A stretch of DNA of 64,000 bases, taken from the NCBI GenBank assembly GCA_014860575.1, contig JACZJK010000033.1, forward strand, positions 37,743 through 101,742. Reading direction: 5' to 3'. The translations under genes and the position numbers were made by a program. Positions within the stretch are counted from its first letter, which is position 1. Each line of letters begins with the position of its first letter. The notes beneath the pieces were generated by a model. The model searched no databases. It was not told the DNA's origin and worked only from the letters and a program-made list of their open reading frames with translations. The DNA comes from Bacteroidales bacterium (lineage in GTDB: Bacteria > Bacteroidota > Bacteroidia > Bacteroidales > JAAYJT01). This document shows positions 26,390 to 36,302 of this stretch, in pieces.

Positions 26390-27331
26390 ATGCGATTAGA
26401 AAATCCTACAACACTCGCGGAGGTTGCTGCACTTCTGCATGTAAAGTTTGATGGCGATCCTGGATTTATCATTAGCGGCCTCAATGAAATTCACATGGTT
26501 GAACAAGGCGATCTCACCTTTGTTGACCATCCCAAATACTACAAGAAAGCGCTGGAATCGAAAGCAACAACCATCATCATCAACAAAACTGTTGAAAGGC
26601 CCGAAGGTAAAGCACTGATTTTTTCCGACGATCCGTTCACTGATTATGTAAGGCTTGTAAAAAAATATCGCCCGTTTGAACCGGCCAATCAAATGATCAG
26701 TCTATCAGCCAGCATTGGTGAAGGCACCATCATCCAGCCCGGTGCGTTTATTGGCAATCATGTTAAAATAGGCAGTAACTGTCTGATCCATGCCAATGTC
26801 AGCATTTATGATCATTCCATCCTGGGCAATAATGTTATCATACATTCCGGAACTGTGATCGGCGCCGATGCTTTCTATTTTCAGCGTAAGCCACACGGTT
26901 ACTCAAAATTTGAATCCTGCGGCAGGGTTATCATCGAAGACAATGTTGAAATCGGAGCCTGTTGCACCATTGACAAAGGCGTTTCGGGCGATACGCGAAT
27001 CGGGAAAGGAACTAAGTTCGACAACCATATCCAGATCGGGCATGACACCGTGATCGGAAAGAACTGTCTTTTTGCATCGGCAGTTGTGGTGGCCGGTGTT
27101 ACGGTCGTTGAGGACGATGTTATTCTTTGGGGCCAGGTGGCTATTCAGAAAGACATAGTAATAGGTAAAGGCGCTGTAGTATTAGCAACGTCAGCAGTTG
27201 ATAAATCCATCGAAGGCAACAAAGTGTATTTTGGCGTTCCCGCCATCGAAGCCCGCAAAAAGTGGAGAGAACTTGTTGCATTGAAGCAATTGCCTGAAAT
27301 TATCGCAAGGCTTGAAAAAGAGCGTGAATAA
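26390..27331 (+). CDS. second LpxD-like UDP-3-O-acylglucosamine N-acyltransferase paralogue
   Basis: 313 aa. It has the same two-domain layout as lpxD (N-terminal LAEVAALLHVKFDGDPGFIISGLNEI, a hexapeptide helix, GADAFYF) but a shorter C-terminus. Confidence 0.75.
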   Translation: MRLENPTTLAEVAALLHVKFDGDPGFIISGLNEIHMVEQGDLTFVDHPKYYKKALESKATTIIINKTVERPEGKALIFSDDPFTDYVRLVKKYRPFEPANQMISLSASIGEGTIIQPGAFIGNHVKIGSNCLIHANVSIYDHSILGNNVIIHSGTVIGADAFYFQRKPHGYSKFESCGRVIIEDNVEIGACCTIDKGVSGDTRIGKGTKFDNHIQIGHDTVIGKNCLFASAVVVAGVTVVEDDVILWGQVAIQKDIVIGKGAVVLATSAVDKSIEGNKVYFGVPAIEARKKWRELVALKQLPEIIARLEKERE

Positions 27332-27374
27332 ACAGTTGAAAATGATTGGTTGATCTTTGAACTTCGATCCTGAC

Positions 27375-28880
27375 TTATAGGACTTCGACCTCAGATTTTT
27401 CTTCAGCTTTTGGCTTTTCTTTGTGATATAGATCCAGCGCCACCAGCACTGCGGCAAATCCCCAAAATGGAATGGAGAGTTTTTCAGTATCGAGAAAGTT
27501 ATTAAGAAAGCCATGCATCAGGTAACTTACCAACCCAATCGTAACCGAAAGGCTTATAATTCTCACCTCCCTGATCTTTGACTGCTTATATACCCTGAAT
27601 CCAGTAAACAGCAAGGCAATAGCAATAGCCACAAATGTAAGCATTCCCAGAATCCCTGATTCTGCCATTGGTCCTATGTACTCGCTATGTGCATTGCCAA
27701 CATCCCCAAAGTTTGTACTGATGATGGTTTTCTCTTTCGATAACTGATAAGGTGCATACAGAAACTGGTAAGTGCCGGGTCCGAAACCAAGTATCGGTTT
27801 TACCTCAAACATCCTGATTGCCGATTGCCACCGGTTTATGCGCTCCAGGTTACTTGCATCAGACGAAATATTGGCAATGGATTGCACATGCTCAACAAAG
27901 TTTGCCGAGCTGTCTTGCTTGTTTTTCGAGAGGTAATCAATGATTTCGAACCTGAAGGAATAAAAGACTGCAGTTAGAGAAATTGCAGCTATCAACAACC
28001 AACGAAATTTAATTCTGAAAATCGTAATAAGGAAAGCTCCAAAAGCAAAAGCAACACTCAGCCATGCAGCACGGCTGAACGACAGGATGAGAGCCATGAG
28101 CATTGCTGAAGCCACAATGAATGCTGCAGTTCGCATCCATGGTTTTTGATTACGAATCAGAGCCAAACCAATAAATACCGGAATAAACATTGACATCACA
28201 GCGCCGTAGGCAGTGTGGTCATTGTAGAATGGTTTCATGACCCATGTGCCGGTTTTTTCTTCAAAGCCGTTCAAGTAGTGCCTGATAGTAGTATATGCAA
28301 TAACCACCAGCAAAGAAATGGCATAATACCAGAAAAGTTTTTTAATGTTCCTGTAATCCTTGAAAAGCATAATGCCGGCAAAAAACATTGGGACTACAAA
28401 CCAAAGCCTTGAAATAAAGTACTTGATTGATATTAGGTGTATCTGACTGGTGATGGTAGTTACCAGCATCCAGATGAGGTTAAGAATTATAAAAATTGTT
28501 ACGGGATGCCTCAGAACTGTCCTGTCGTATTTGTAATCAAATAAAACTTTCAGCAAAAAAAGCAGAAGCACACCAAACATCAGTGGTTCGGCAGGCAATG
28601 AAATACCAACATTAAGTTCAGGATCAAGGAAGTAAACTGATAAAGGGGTCAGCAAGATGATGAGTAGGATAACCTTATCGTATGCAAACAGGAAGAAGAA
28701 CAGGACAACTATGAAAAGCGGAATGAAAATTCCCCAGTAAAATTCTTTGTGAATCAAGTATGAATTAATAGCAATAAATAATGCGCTCAGAAAGTAAACC
28801 AGTATTTGCTTGGTTTTTTCCGAAAGGCGGTTTTCACCGATTTCATTGATAATGGATTTTACATTGATATCGCCCAACAT
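27375..28880 (-). CDS. O-antigen ligase / Wzy_C-domain polytopic membrane protein
   Basis: 501 aa with about 11-12 hydrophobic segments. It has a SFSRAAWLSV-type loop motif and sits in a glycan-cluster context. Confidence 0.65.
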   Translation of the reverse strand: MLGDINVKSIINEIGENRLSEKTKQILVYFLSALFIAINSYLIHKEFYWGIFIPLFIVVLFFFLFAYDKVILLIILLTPLSVYFLDPELNVGISLPAEPLMFGVLLLFLLKVLFDYKYDRTVLRHPVTIFIILNLIWMLVTTITSQIHLISIKYFISRLWFVVPMFFAGIMLFKDYRNIKKLFWYYAISLLVVIAYTTIRHYLNGFEEKTGTWVMKPFYNDHTAYGAVMSMFIPVFIGLALIRNQKPWMRTAAFIVASAMLMALILSFSRAAWLSVAFAFGAFLITIFRIKFRWLLIAAISLTAVFYSFRFEIIDYLSKNKQDSSANFVEHVQSIANISSDASNLERINRWQSAIRMFEVKPILGFGPGTYQFLYAPYQLSKEKTIISTNFGDVGNAHSEYIGPMAESGILGMLTFVAIAIALLFTGFRVYKQSKIREVRIISLSVTIGLVSYLMHGFLNNFLDTEKLSIPFWGFAAVLVALDLYHKEKPKAEEKSEVEVL

Positions 28881-28915
28881 GAATTTTCAGTTTTACGCAT
28901 CAAGCCGATGCCATG

Positions 28916-29899
28916 TCATGCCGTATCATTTCCTTCGCTTATTCGCTCTTCGATGCTCCTGCTGTTCTCAATGATGGCAATTACCACAATGCTAAAAAAA
29001 GCAACAGCAACAACGGTGTAAAGCACAATTAACCAGCGGATTGGGTATATTTTTTTATCAGCAACTACCGGCTTGCTCACGACGTTGGTGTATGTGAACT
29101 CCTTTGTATAATGTAAAAGCGCATCCTCGTAGTTACTTTTAATCTTGCCCAATTGGTCCATGAGAGTGTAAACCATTGTGTTGTAGAAGATAAAATCGCC
29201 ACCTTTTTCTTCGAGGTTGGATTTGAGTTTTGCGACCGCTTTCGTATCAATATGCTGGACATTGCTGCCATCTACGGTTCTAAGATGTCCACGGGCAACT
29301 TCCTGCGTTTGATTGTTATAATCAATGATTTCATACTGGGTTCGCAATATATAATGTTGCTGCAGGGCTGAATCTATTTCCATTTGTTTTAATTCAAGCA
29401 TTTTTTTGTAGCTGGCAACTACTTCTCTGTATTTATCGCGATGTATTTCCCTGATCTTCTGGTTGTAAAAATCAATAATGGAATTAACCATATCCTTGGC
29501 GCGAACCGGATCGGTATCCATTACATCAATATTTACTGATTCAAATTGGGTTTTACTGATCCTTACATTCTTGTTGTACATATACTGCATTACAGAATGG
29601 AAATGCTTGTGGTCACGACTGATGCCATAATGTGCAGGAAGATCATAGTGTACAAACATACTATCCATGATATCCCTTGAGTTTAGCCACTGCAACATTT
29701 GTTCTGTTTCGCTTTCATCAGAGTAGGGTGCAATGTTTGATGGATACAATACCGCAGAAGACCGAAACTTCTCCTTTATAAAAACCGGACTGGATATCAA
29801 TGCGGCAGCACCGGCTGCAATAGCAATAATGACCAGCAAGTGCCATTTCCATTTCAGGAAAATTCTCAGAAGGTTCATATTACTGAAATAATTATCCAT
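28916..29899 (-). CDS. Wzz-like chain-length determinant family protein (paralogue 2)
   Basis: Starts at the ATG at 29899 (MDNYFSNMNLLRIF), 4 nt after the upstream stop. The GTG start at 29950 would overlap that gene by 47 nt. It has an N-terminal TM segment, a coiled-coil middle, and a C-terminal KIYPIRWLIVLYTVVAV TM segment. Confidence 0.55.
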   Translation of the reverse strand: MDNYFSNMNLLRIFLKWKWHLLVIIAIAAGAAALISSPVFIKEKFRSSAVLYPSNIAPYSDESETEQMLQWLNSRDIMDSMFVHYDLPAHYGISRDHKHFHSVMQYMYNKNVRISKTQFESVNIDVMDTDPVRAKDMVNSIIDFYNQKIREIHRDKYREVVASYKKMLELKQMEIDSALQQHYILRTQYEIIDYNNQTQEVARGHLRTVDGSNVQHIDTKAVAKLKSNLEEKGGDFIFYNTMVYTLMDQLGKIKSNYEDALLHYTKEFTYTNVVSKPVVADKKIYPIRWLIVLYTVVAVAFFSIVVIAIIENSRSIEERISEGNDTA

Positions 29900-29903
29900 C
29901 GTC

Positions 29904-31022
29904 TTAGCTCTTTTTAATTTGACTGAATTTTTTGAAATTTTCCTGTTCACTTTCCATTGGAATAGAGAACGTTTCGGGAAGATTTTTTTTTTGACTGGAA
30001 GCGTAGGCTGCCATTTCCCTGAAATTTTCGACCAACAAAATGGCGATTACCCCGGCAAGCAAAGCCCCGATGGTTGAAAGCACCATGATCAGCCATCGTA
30101 TCGGGTAGCTTTTGCGCTCAGCTTTTACTGCTTCTTCCACCACAAATTTGAATGGCAATTGCTGCTCCGCGTCTACTTTTGCTTCTTCATACCTGGTTCT
30201 GAGTATGCTAAGTTGCCTGTTGTCGTGAACCAATTGATCCCGCAGCGAAACATAGGCTCCTCCATATTTTGAAAGTATATCCAGCCGCTGCTCCAGTGCA
30301 CGGATCGCAACTTGATTATTCCTTGCTATTTCTATTGCAAGCTGCTGGTTAAGCATTTCTGATTGTGATTCATATTCATGAACACCCAAATCGCGGAGTT
30401 TAGTGAGAGAGTCTTCTTTCACCCTGATTTCATTCTGCAGGAGACTATATTGCTGTTCTACAATCTCGAACCCTGGAATGGCCACGGCTTTTTGCATGCT
30501 ATTGCGAACCGAGTCAACCAGCACAGCTATATAATTTGCAATATCGGCAGCCATTTGGGGATCTCTGTCGAGAACTGAAATTTTTACTGCCATATATTCT
30601 GTGCGCCTGAAAGAAATATTGCTCTCATATTCCCGCTGAAGCCGCGTATTGCTGTAGCGATACGAAGGTAGGATATCATAATGGTTAAGCAGGTTGAAAC
30701 GATCGACAACCTTGTTCCTGATTTTACTTGAGTTCAGGATTTGCAGCATGTGTTCGGTCTGGGAATCCTGGCCGAAATCAAGGATGTCATAGCGCTGCCC
30801 ACTACGTTCAGTCAGCAATGCCCTTGAAATGCTAATCGAAGCAGATGGGTACAGTATTACTGCGGACTTGAATTTGGGAGTAATGAACAATGGAGAAGAG
30901 AAAACAAACGAAAGAACAACAGCAGCCAAGGCAATAAAACCCAATGGTTTTCTCCATTTATAGATAAAGAATAAAATGCTTCCAGAGTCAAACTTGTCGC
31001 TTCCTGCAATGGAATCTGCCAT
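29904..31022 (-). CDS. Wzz-like chain-length determinant family protein (paralogue 1)
   Basis: 372 aa with the same N-TM / coiled-coil / C-TM layout. The C-terminal motif is KSYPIRWLIMVLSTIGALLAG. Confidence 0.6.
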   Translation of the reverse strand: MADSIAGSDKFDSGSILFFIYKWRKPLGFIALAAVVLSFVFSSPLFITPKFKSAVILYPSASISISRALLTERSGQRYDILDFGQDSQTEHMLQILNSSKIRNKVVDRFNLLNHYDILPSYRYSNTRLQREYESNISFRRTEYMAVKISVLDRDPQMAADIANYIAVLVDSVRNSMQKAVAIPGFEIVEQQYSLLQNEIRVKEDSLTKLRDLGVHEYESQSEMLNQQLAIEIARNNQVAIRALEQRLDILSKYGGAYVSLRDQLVHDNRQLSILRTRYEEAKVDAEQQLPFKFVVEEAVKAERKSYPIRWLIMVLSTIGALLAGVIAILLVENFREMAAYASSQKKNLPETFSIPMESEQENFKKFSQIKKS

Positions 31023-31113
31023 AGATGTCAGATTAAAAAATGAAAGGCCAAAATTATAAAATTAATTAACGTGCGAAACAAATGGTGAAGAGAGATCGTG
31101 TAAACATCCCGGC

Positions 31114-32595
31114 TTAATCTAATCCTCTGAATATCCTGACAAAAGCTTTAATGTTCATTAACCGAAGTGAAACAGAAAATGCCACTAAAGCTGCTATCAT
31201 GACTGCAAATGAATATATCCAGTGCAATTCAAGGTTGAGCGACAACCTTCCAAGTGCTATTGCCCCAACTGCAAAAACAAGTAGCTGAAGCAAATAGCGG
31301 TAGTCAATCCGGAAATGGAAAATGTGCTGCACTATCAGAACCTGCAGAAGCGCCGTAATGCTTTGGGTGGCAAGGCTGGTGATAGCCGATCCGGTAGCAA
31401 AGAATTTCGGAACAAGGATGAGATTCAATACAATATTTAAAATCATGCCACCGGCTGCAACAATGTTTAACTGTTTCAGGTTGCCATTGGCTGTGAGCAA
31501 GGTTCCAAAAACATAGGTTGTACTGATTGGCAGAAAGCCACACATCAGGAGCGAAAATACCTGTGCCGATTGTTTCATGCGGGCTTCATAGTCAACCATC
31601 ACTTCAAGATCATGCGGCGGGTAAAGCAGGCGCATGATGGGTTCACCATAAAATAAAGCGCTTAATGCTACCATTATAGCTGCCACAAACAACAATGTGT
31701 AAGCGAGTTTTGCCAATTCATGAACCGATTGGCGCTGCCTGATCATATGAGCATAAAGCGGCAACAAAAGTACCGCGAACAAATATCCGATCTGATTGGT
31801 AGCATCGAGCAAACGGTAAGCCTGGGCATAAATACCCACTTGTTCATTTCCGATGGTGTCGCGCAGCAGCCGCTCAATCATTACTGAGTCAATCCGGTTG
31901 TAGAAGGCCATGAGCAGCACCAACAATGCAAACGGAAAACTTTTCTTGATAATCATGATAAAAAACAAGCGGTTCCAATGCAACTTCCTGAACTTAGCCT
32001 TGATAGATACAATCGTTGCAGCCACAACAATAGTCAATAGATATGCGGCAGATTGGGTGTAAACAAACCATTCGATTCTAAAGGGGACTTCAGTAACATT
32101 GCCCCACAAAAGGATGCCACAAAAGAGAATCATTAGAACGCGATCCATTACTGAAAGCAAACTGTCAGTCCGGAACATCAGCAAACCCGAAATATTGGAT
32201 CGCAGATAAAGGATAAATGACAGCAGAAACTGGTTGCAGCCAAGTATTGTAAGCAACATTAGCTGACGGCTGTCGTATTTCATTATAAGGCCGGCACTGA
32301 AGATCACAATGAAGTATAAAACCGATAGTAACAGTTTCAATATCACTATACTCGAAAAGTGTTTATTTAATAACTGCTGATGCTGGGCAATATTCCGGTT
32401 GTTGAAATTTGTAATCCCAAAATCGAGAAGGATATTGAAAATAATAGAAAAGTTCAGGATTGTAAAATAGAAGCCATATTCTTCGGCGCCCACTGCGTTT
32501 TGCACTCCACGGTCAACGCCAATGATATAAAATGGCTTCACCAGTAGGTTCAGAAAGAGCAAGAGGCTGAGATTCGTCAGGAACTTTTTCTGCAT
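31114..32595 (-). CDS. Wzx-type oligosaccharide flippase (polysaccharide biosynthesis protein, MOP superfamily)
   Basis: 493 aa with about 12-14 TM segments, in a cluster context. Confidence 0.7.
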   Translation of the reverse strand: MQKKFLTNLSLLLFLNLLVKPFYIIGVDRGVQNAVGAEEYGFYFTILNFSIIFNILLDFGITNFNNRNIAQHQQLLNKHFSSIVILKLLLSVLYFIVIFSAGLIMKYDSRQLMLLTILGCNQFLLSFILYLRSNISGLLMFRTDSLLSVMDRVLMILFCGILLWGNVTEVPFRIEWFVYTQSAAYLLTIVVAATIVSIKAKFRKLHWNRLFFIMIIKKSFPFALLVLLMAFYNRIDSVMIERLLRDTIGNEQVGIYAQAYRLLDATNQIGYLFAVLLLPLYAHMIRQRQSVHELAKLAYTLLFVAAIMVALSALFYGEPIMRLLYPPHDLEVMVDYEARMKQSAQVFSLLMCGFLPISTTYVFGTLLTANGNLKQLNIVAAGGMILNIVLNLILVPKFFATGSAITSLATQSITALLQVLIVQHIFHFRIDYRYLLQLLVFAVGAIALGRLSLNLELHWIYSFAVMIAALVAFSVSLRLMNIKAFVRIFRGLD

Positions 32596-32655
32596 AGCAG
32601 CATGATATGAATATGCTCAATTAATGGCAACAGGCTTGCGTGAACTCAAATTCTG

Positions 32656-32663
32656 TATTTTTG
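32656..32663 (+). promoter_or_regulatory. -7 box (TAttTTTG) upstream of the glycosyltransferase gene
   Basis: Exact match, 77 nt upstream of the TTG start at 32741. Confidence 0.35.
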
Positions 32664-32740
32664 TGCAAATGTATTGAATAAGTCCGTTATTTTATTTCAG
32701 GGCCGGAAATCCATCATACGACCGTCAAACCACTGGGAAT

Positions 32741-33862
32741 TTGAGAATTGCAGTTAATACACGCCTTTTATTAAAAGATAAACTTGAAGGCATTGGTTGG
32801 TTTTCATACGAAAGCCTGAAAAGGATATGCACACAACATCCTGAGCATGAGTTCTTTTTCATTTTCGATCGCAAATGGAGTAACGATTTTATCTTCTCCG
32901 ATAACATTACTCCAATTTCAGTTCCACCACAGGCTCGCCATCCATTATTATATTATGTCTGGTTCGAACACAGTATTCCAACTGTATTGCGAAAAATTCA
33001 GCCCGATTTGTTTTTTTCTCCTGATGGTTACCTATCACTGCGAACCAAAGTAAAATCTGTAAATGTCTTCCACGATCTGAGTTTCGAACATTACCCCATG
33101 GATGTTCCGACTGTGGAGCGTTTCTACTACAGGCGATACTTCCCGAAATTCGCAAAAAAAGCTGAGCGGATTGCAACCGTATCGGAATACTCAAAGCAGG
33201 ACATAGTAAAAACCTACGGTGTGAACCCCGACAAGATTGATGTGGTTTACAATGGTTCCAATCCTTTATATAAACCGGTCAGCGAATCTGTGAAGCAGGA
33301 AACATTACAAAAGTATTCTGCCTGCAAACCCTATTTTGTTTTCGTTGGAGCGCTTCATCCGCGGAAAAACCTTGTGAACCTTTTTAAGGCTTTTGATATT
33401 TTTCGTAAAGAAAATACTGAAAACATCAACCTGCTTATTGTTGGCGCAAAGATGTGGTGGACCAAAGCCATTGAGCAGGCTTACAACGAAATGGTTTTCA
33501 AGAATGATGTTGTTTTTACCGGAAGGCTAAATACAGAAGAACTCAACAAAGTGCTGGGTTCTGCGTTGGCGCTTACCTATGTTTCTTATTTTGAAGGATT
33601 TGGAATTCCCATTATAGAAGCGTTTTATTGCGATACCCCTGTAATCACATCAAATATTACATCCATGCCCGAAGCAGCCGGTGATGCAGCATTACTTGTC
33701 AACCCGTTTTCGCCCAATTCCATTGCAGAAGCTATGCATGATGTAGTTTCAAACAAAGAACTTCGCCAAGATCTTATTAGCAAGGGGAGGCTACGCAGGC
33801 AGCATTTCTCATGGCAGCAAACCGCTGATAGGTTATGGGGAACAATTGAAAAGGTTTTGTAA
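32741..33862 (+). CDS. glycosyltransferase family 4 (GT-B)
   Basis: 373 aa with a TTG start giving MRIAVNTRLL. The C-terminal EGFGIPIIEAFYCDTPVITSN motif is of the E(x7)E type. Confidence 0.8.
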   Translation: MRIAVNTRLLLKDKLEGIGWFSYESLKRICTQHPEHEFFFIFDRKWSNDFIFSDNITPISVPPQARHPLLYYVWFEHSIPTVLRKIQPDLFFSPDGYLSLRTKVKSVNVFHDLSFEHYPMDVPTVERFYYRRYFPKFAKKAERIATVSEYSKQDIVKTYGVNPDKIDVVYNGSNPLYKPVSESVKQETLQKYSACKPYFVFVGALHPRKNLVNLFKAFDIFRKENTENINLLIVGAKMWWTKAIEQAYNEMVFKNDVVFTGRLNTEELNKVLGSALALTYVSYFEGFGIPIIEAFYCDTPVITSNITSMPEAAGDAALLVNPFSPNSIAEAMHDVVSNKELRQDLISKGRLRRQHFSWQQTADRLWGTIEKVL

Positions 33863-33924
33863 TCAAAATCAGATTTGAGTCTTATTCCCTATATTTCTCC
33901 GATGCAGAGAAGCCCTTTGGGGAA

Positions 33925-33989
33925 GAGTTGGCAGTTGGCAATGAGCAGTCGGCAAAAGCCCTAAGCAGCATCACTGCATACTGCATCAC
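33925..33989. repeat. degenerate heptad array (GCA-phased)
   Basis: Units read gagttggca gttggca atgagca gtcggca ...aagca gcatcac tgcatac tgcatcac. It lies in the convergent gap between the GT and murB. Confidence 0.6.
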
Positions 33990-34059
33990 AAAAAATGCGA
34001 TTCCGCACATGCGGGATTGGTTAGTATCGAACCCCAAACGCCTATTCCAGATTAAAGAA

Positions 34060-35070
34060 TTATAAAATATTTACCTCGGTGTCGAGAATGATTTGGAAGC
34101 GGTTAAAAACATCATCTTTGATTCTTGCTGCAAGCTCAAGTAATTGAAGTCCGCTTGCCTGGCCATAATTGACCAAAACCAATGGCTGCTTTTCATGAAC
34201 ACCGGCATCGCCGTAGCGTTTTCCTTTCCAACCACCCTGCTCAATCAGCCATGCAGCAGGAATTTTAACTGAACCGTCGGGTTGTAAAAAAGAAGGTATG
34301 GCAGGGTTTGCTGATTTAAGGGCATTAAATTTTGCAGGATCAACAACCGGATTTTTGAAAAAACTCCCGGCATTTCCCAATATTTCAGGATCGGGAAGTT
34401 TGCTGCGGCGTATCCGGATTACAGCATCGGCGATATTTCGGATCGTTATCTTTTCACCGGTATCCTGCAGTTCGCCCGAAAGGGCAGGATAGGTAAGGTT
34501 TGGTTCGGGCTTTACCGATAATTTCAAGCTGACTGATGTTATTAAAAAACAGTCTTTTAAATCAGACTTAAAAATGCTGTTGCGGTAACCAAAATTACAA
34601 CCGGGTAATGTAAACCTTCTAGTCTCGAAACTTTTCAAATCCAGGGCTTCCAGATAGCTGAACACATCTTTAAGTTCAATACCATAAGCGCCAATGTTTT
34701 GAATAGGCGCCGCACCAACCGTTCCTGGAATAAAGGATAAATTTTCGAGTCCACCCCAGCCATGGTTCACACAATACTCAACAAGATTGCTCCAATCCTC
34801 ACCAGCGCCAGCATTTACAACCACCTCATTTTCTCCCACAAAATCATGACTGATACCTTTTATATTCACTTTCAGAACCAGTCCATCAAAATCTTTTGTA
34901 AACAGAATATTACTTCCACCACCAAGAAGAAATACAGGCAAGTGTTTGAATTTAATGCTGTTTAACAAATCCTGTATCTGAGCAGGATGATCAACAACAG
35001 CAAAATATTTTGCCTTTACATCTACACCAAATGTATTATATGGCTTTATTGAAACGTTATTGAGTACCAC
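34060..35070 (-). CDS. murB: UDP-N-acetylenolpyruvoylglucosamine reductase
   Basis: 336 aa with an apparent GTG start. Has YNTFGV, the FAD-binding LLGGGSNILF, and GNAGSFFKNP. Confidence 0.9.
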   Translation of the reverse strand: MVLNNVSIKPYNTFGVDVKAKYFAVVDHPAQIQDLLNSIKFKHLPVFLLGGGSNILFTKDFDGLVLKVNIKGISHDFVGENEVVVNAGAGEDWSNLVEYCVNHGWGGLENLSFIPGTVGAAPIQNIGAYGIELKDVFSYLEALDLKSFETRRFTLPGCNFGYRNSIFKSDLKDCFLITSVSLKLSVKPEPNLTYPALSGELQDTGEKITIRNIADAVIRIRRSKLPDPEILGNAGSFFKNPVVDPAKFNALKSANPAIPSFLQPDGSVKIPAAWLIEQGGWKGKRYGDAGVHEKQPLVLVNYGQASGLQLLELAARIKDDVFNRFQIILDTEVNIL

Positions 35071-35159
35071 TATGCAACCTTTCAGAATTAAATCGCATCA
35101 AAGATAGGTATTAGGTTTTTTAATACGGTGGTTGTAATGCGAAGCGAGCACTTTTTAGG

Positions 35160-36302
35160 TTGCACTTATTGAAAACATCCGGGTTGAAGAAAAAGGTAAT
35201 TGTTTCAGTCATCAACGATTTAGTAAGCGACCGCCGTGTTGACAGGGTCTGCAACACATTGAACGAAATGGGTTTTGAAGTAAAATTGTTAGGTCGGAAA
35301 TATCACAATAGTCCTGCAATAGGCAAGAGGGCCTATAAAACCCATCGGATGCATTTGATATTCAGGAAAGGCCCTTTCTTCTACGCAGAATATAATATCC
35401 GCCTCCTTTTAAAATTGCTCATGCATAAAGCTGACCTGCTTGTTTCAAATGATCTCGATACATTGCTTCCCAATTACCTGGTTCATAAGTTTAAAGGAAC
35501 ACCTTTGGTTTATGATACACATGAATATTTTACCGGGGTTCCTGAACTGGCAGTTCGTAAACGCGTTCGCAAAATCTGGAAAGCAATTGAACGCAGGATT
35601 TTTCCCAAGCTACAGCATGTTATCACGGTAAATGAGAGCATTGCAAAGCTTTACCACGAGGAATATGGTAATGACATTCTTGTTGTAAGGAATATTCCTG
35701 ACACAGTAAAAACTCAACCCCAAACCACTAAATCTGAGCTTGGGCTTCCAACAGAAAAGCGTATTATTTTGCTTCAAGGAGCCGGCATCAACGTTGACCG
35801 CGGAGCAGAGGAAGCCATTGATGCCATGCAATACATTGATAATTCTGTGCTCGTAATTCTTGGCGATGGGGATGTTGTGGTTGAGCTTAAGTTAAAAGTG
35901 AACAGAATGGGATTGGATCGAAAAGTAAAATTTATTCCCCGCCAGGCACCAGAAATGCTTTTTGAATACACAACCAAAGCCGATATTGGGCTTACATTGG
36001 ACAAAGACACCAACATTAATTACCGCTATAGTCTGCCCAACAAGTTGTTCGATTATATCCACGCAGGCGTTCCTGTGCTTGCTACTCCACTCGTAGAAAT
36101 TAAGCAGATTATCGAAAAATATGATGTAGGTTGTCTTATTGATAATCACGAACCGAATCATATTGCTGACAAAATGAAGATGATGCTCGAAAACAGTGAG
36201 GACAGAAAAAGGTGGAAAGCAAACCTGAAACTTGCCGCTACTGAACTAACGTGGGAAAACGAAAAAAAAGTACTTACTGATCTATACAGCAAATATGCCT
36301 GA
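35160..36302 (+). CDS. glycosyltransferase (GT-B, GT4-like)
   Basis: 380 aa from TTG at 35160. An internal TTG at 35184 (MKKKVIVSV) is an equally plausible start. The C-terminal LPNKLFDYIHAGVPVLATP motif is present. Confidence 0.7.
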   Translation: MHLLKTSGLKKKVIVSVINDLVSDRRVDRVCNTLNEMGFEVKLLGRKYHNSPAIGKRAYKTHRMHLIFRKGPFFYAEYNIRLLLKLLMHKADLLVSNDLDTLLPNYLVHKFKGTPLVYDTHEYFTGVPELAVRKRVRKIWKAIERRIFPKLQHVITVNESIAKLYHEEYGNDILVVRNIPDTVKTQPQTTKSELGLPTEKRIILLQGAGINVDRGAEEAIDAMQYIDNSVLVILGDGDVVVELKLKVNRMGLDRKVKFIPRQAPEMLFEYTTKADIGLTLDKDTNINYRYSLPNKLFDYIHAGVPVLATPLVEIKQIIEKYDVGCLIDNHEPNHIADKMKMMLENSEDRKRWKANLKLAATELTWENEKKVLTDLYSKYA

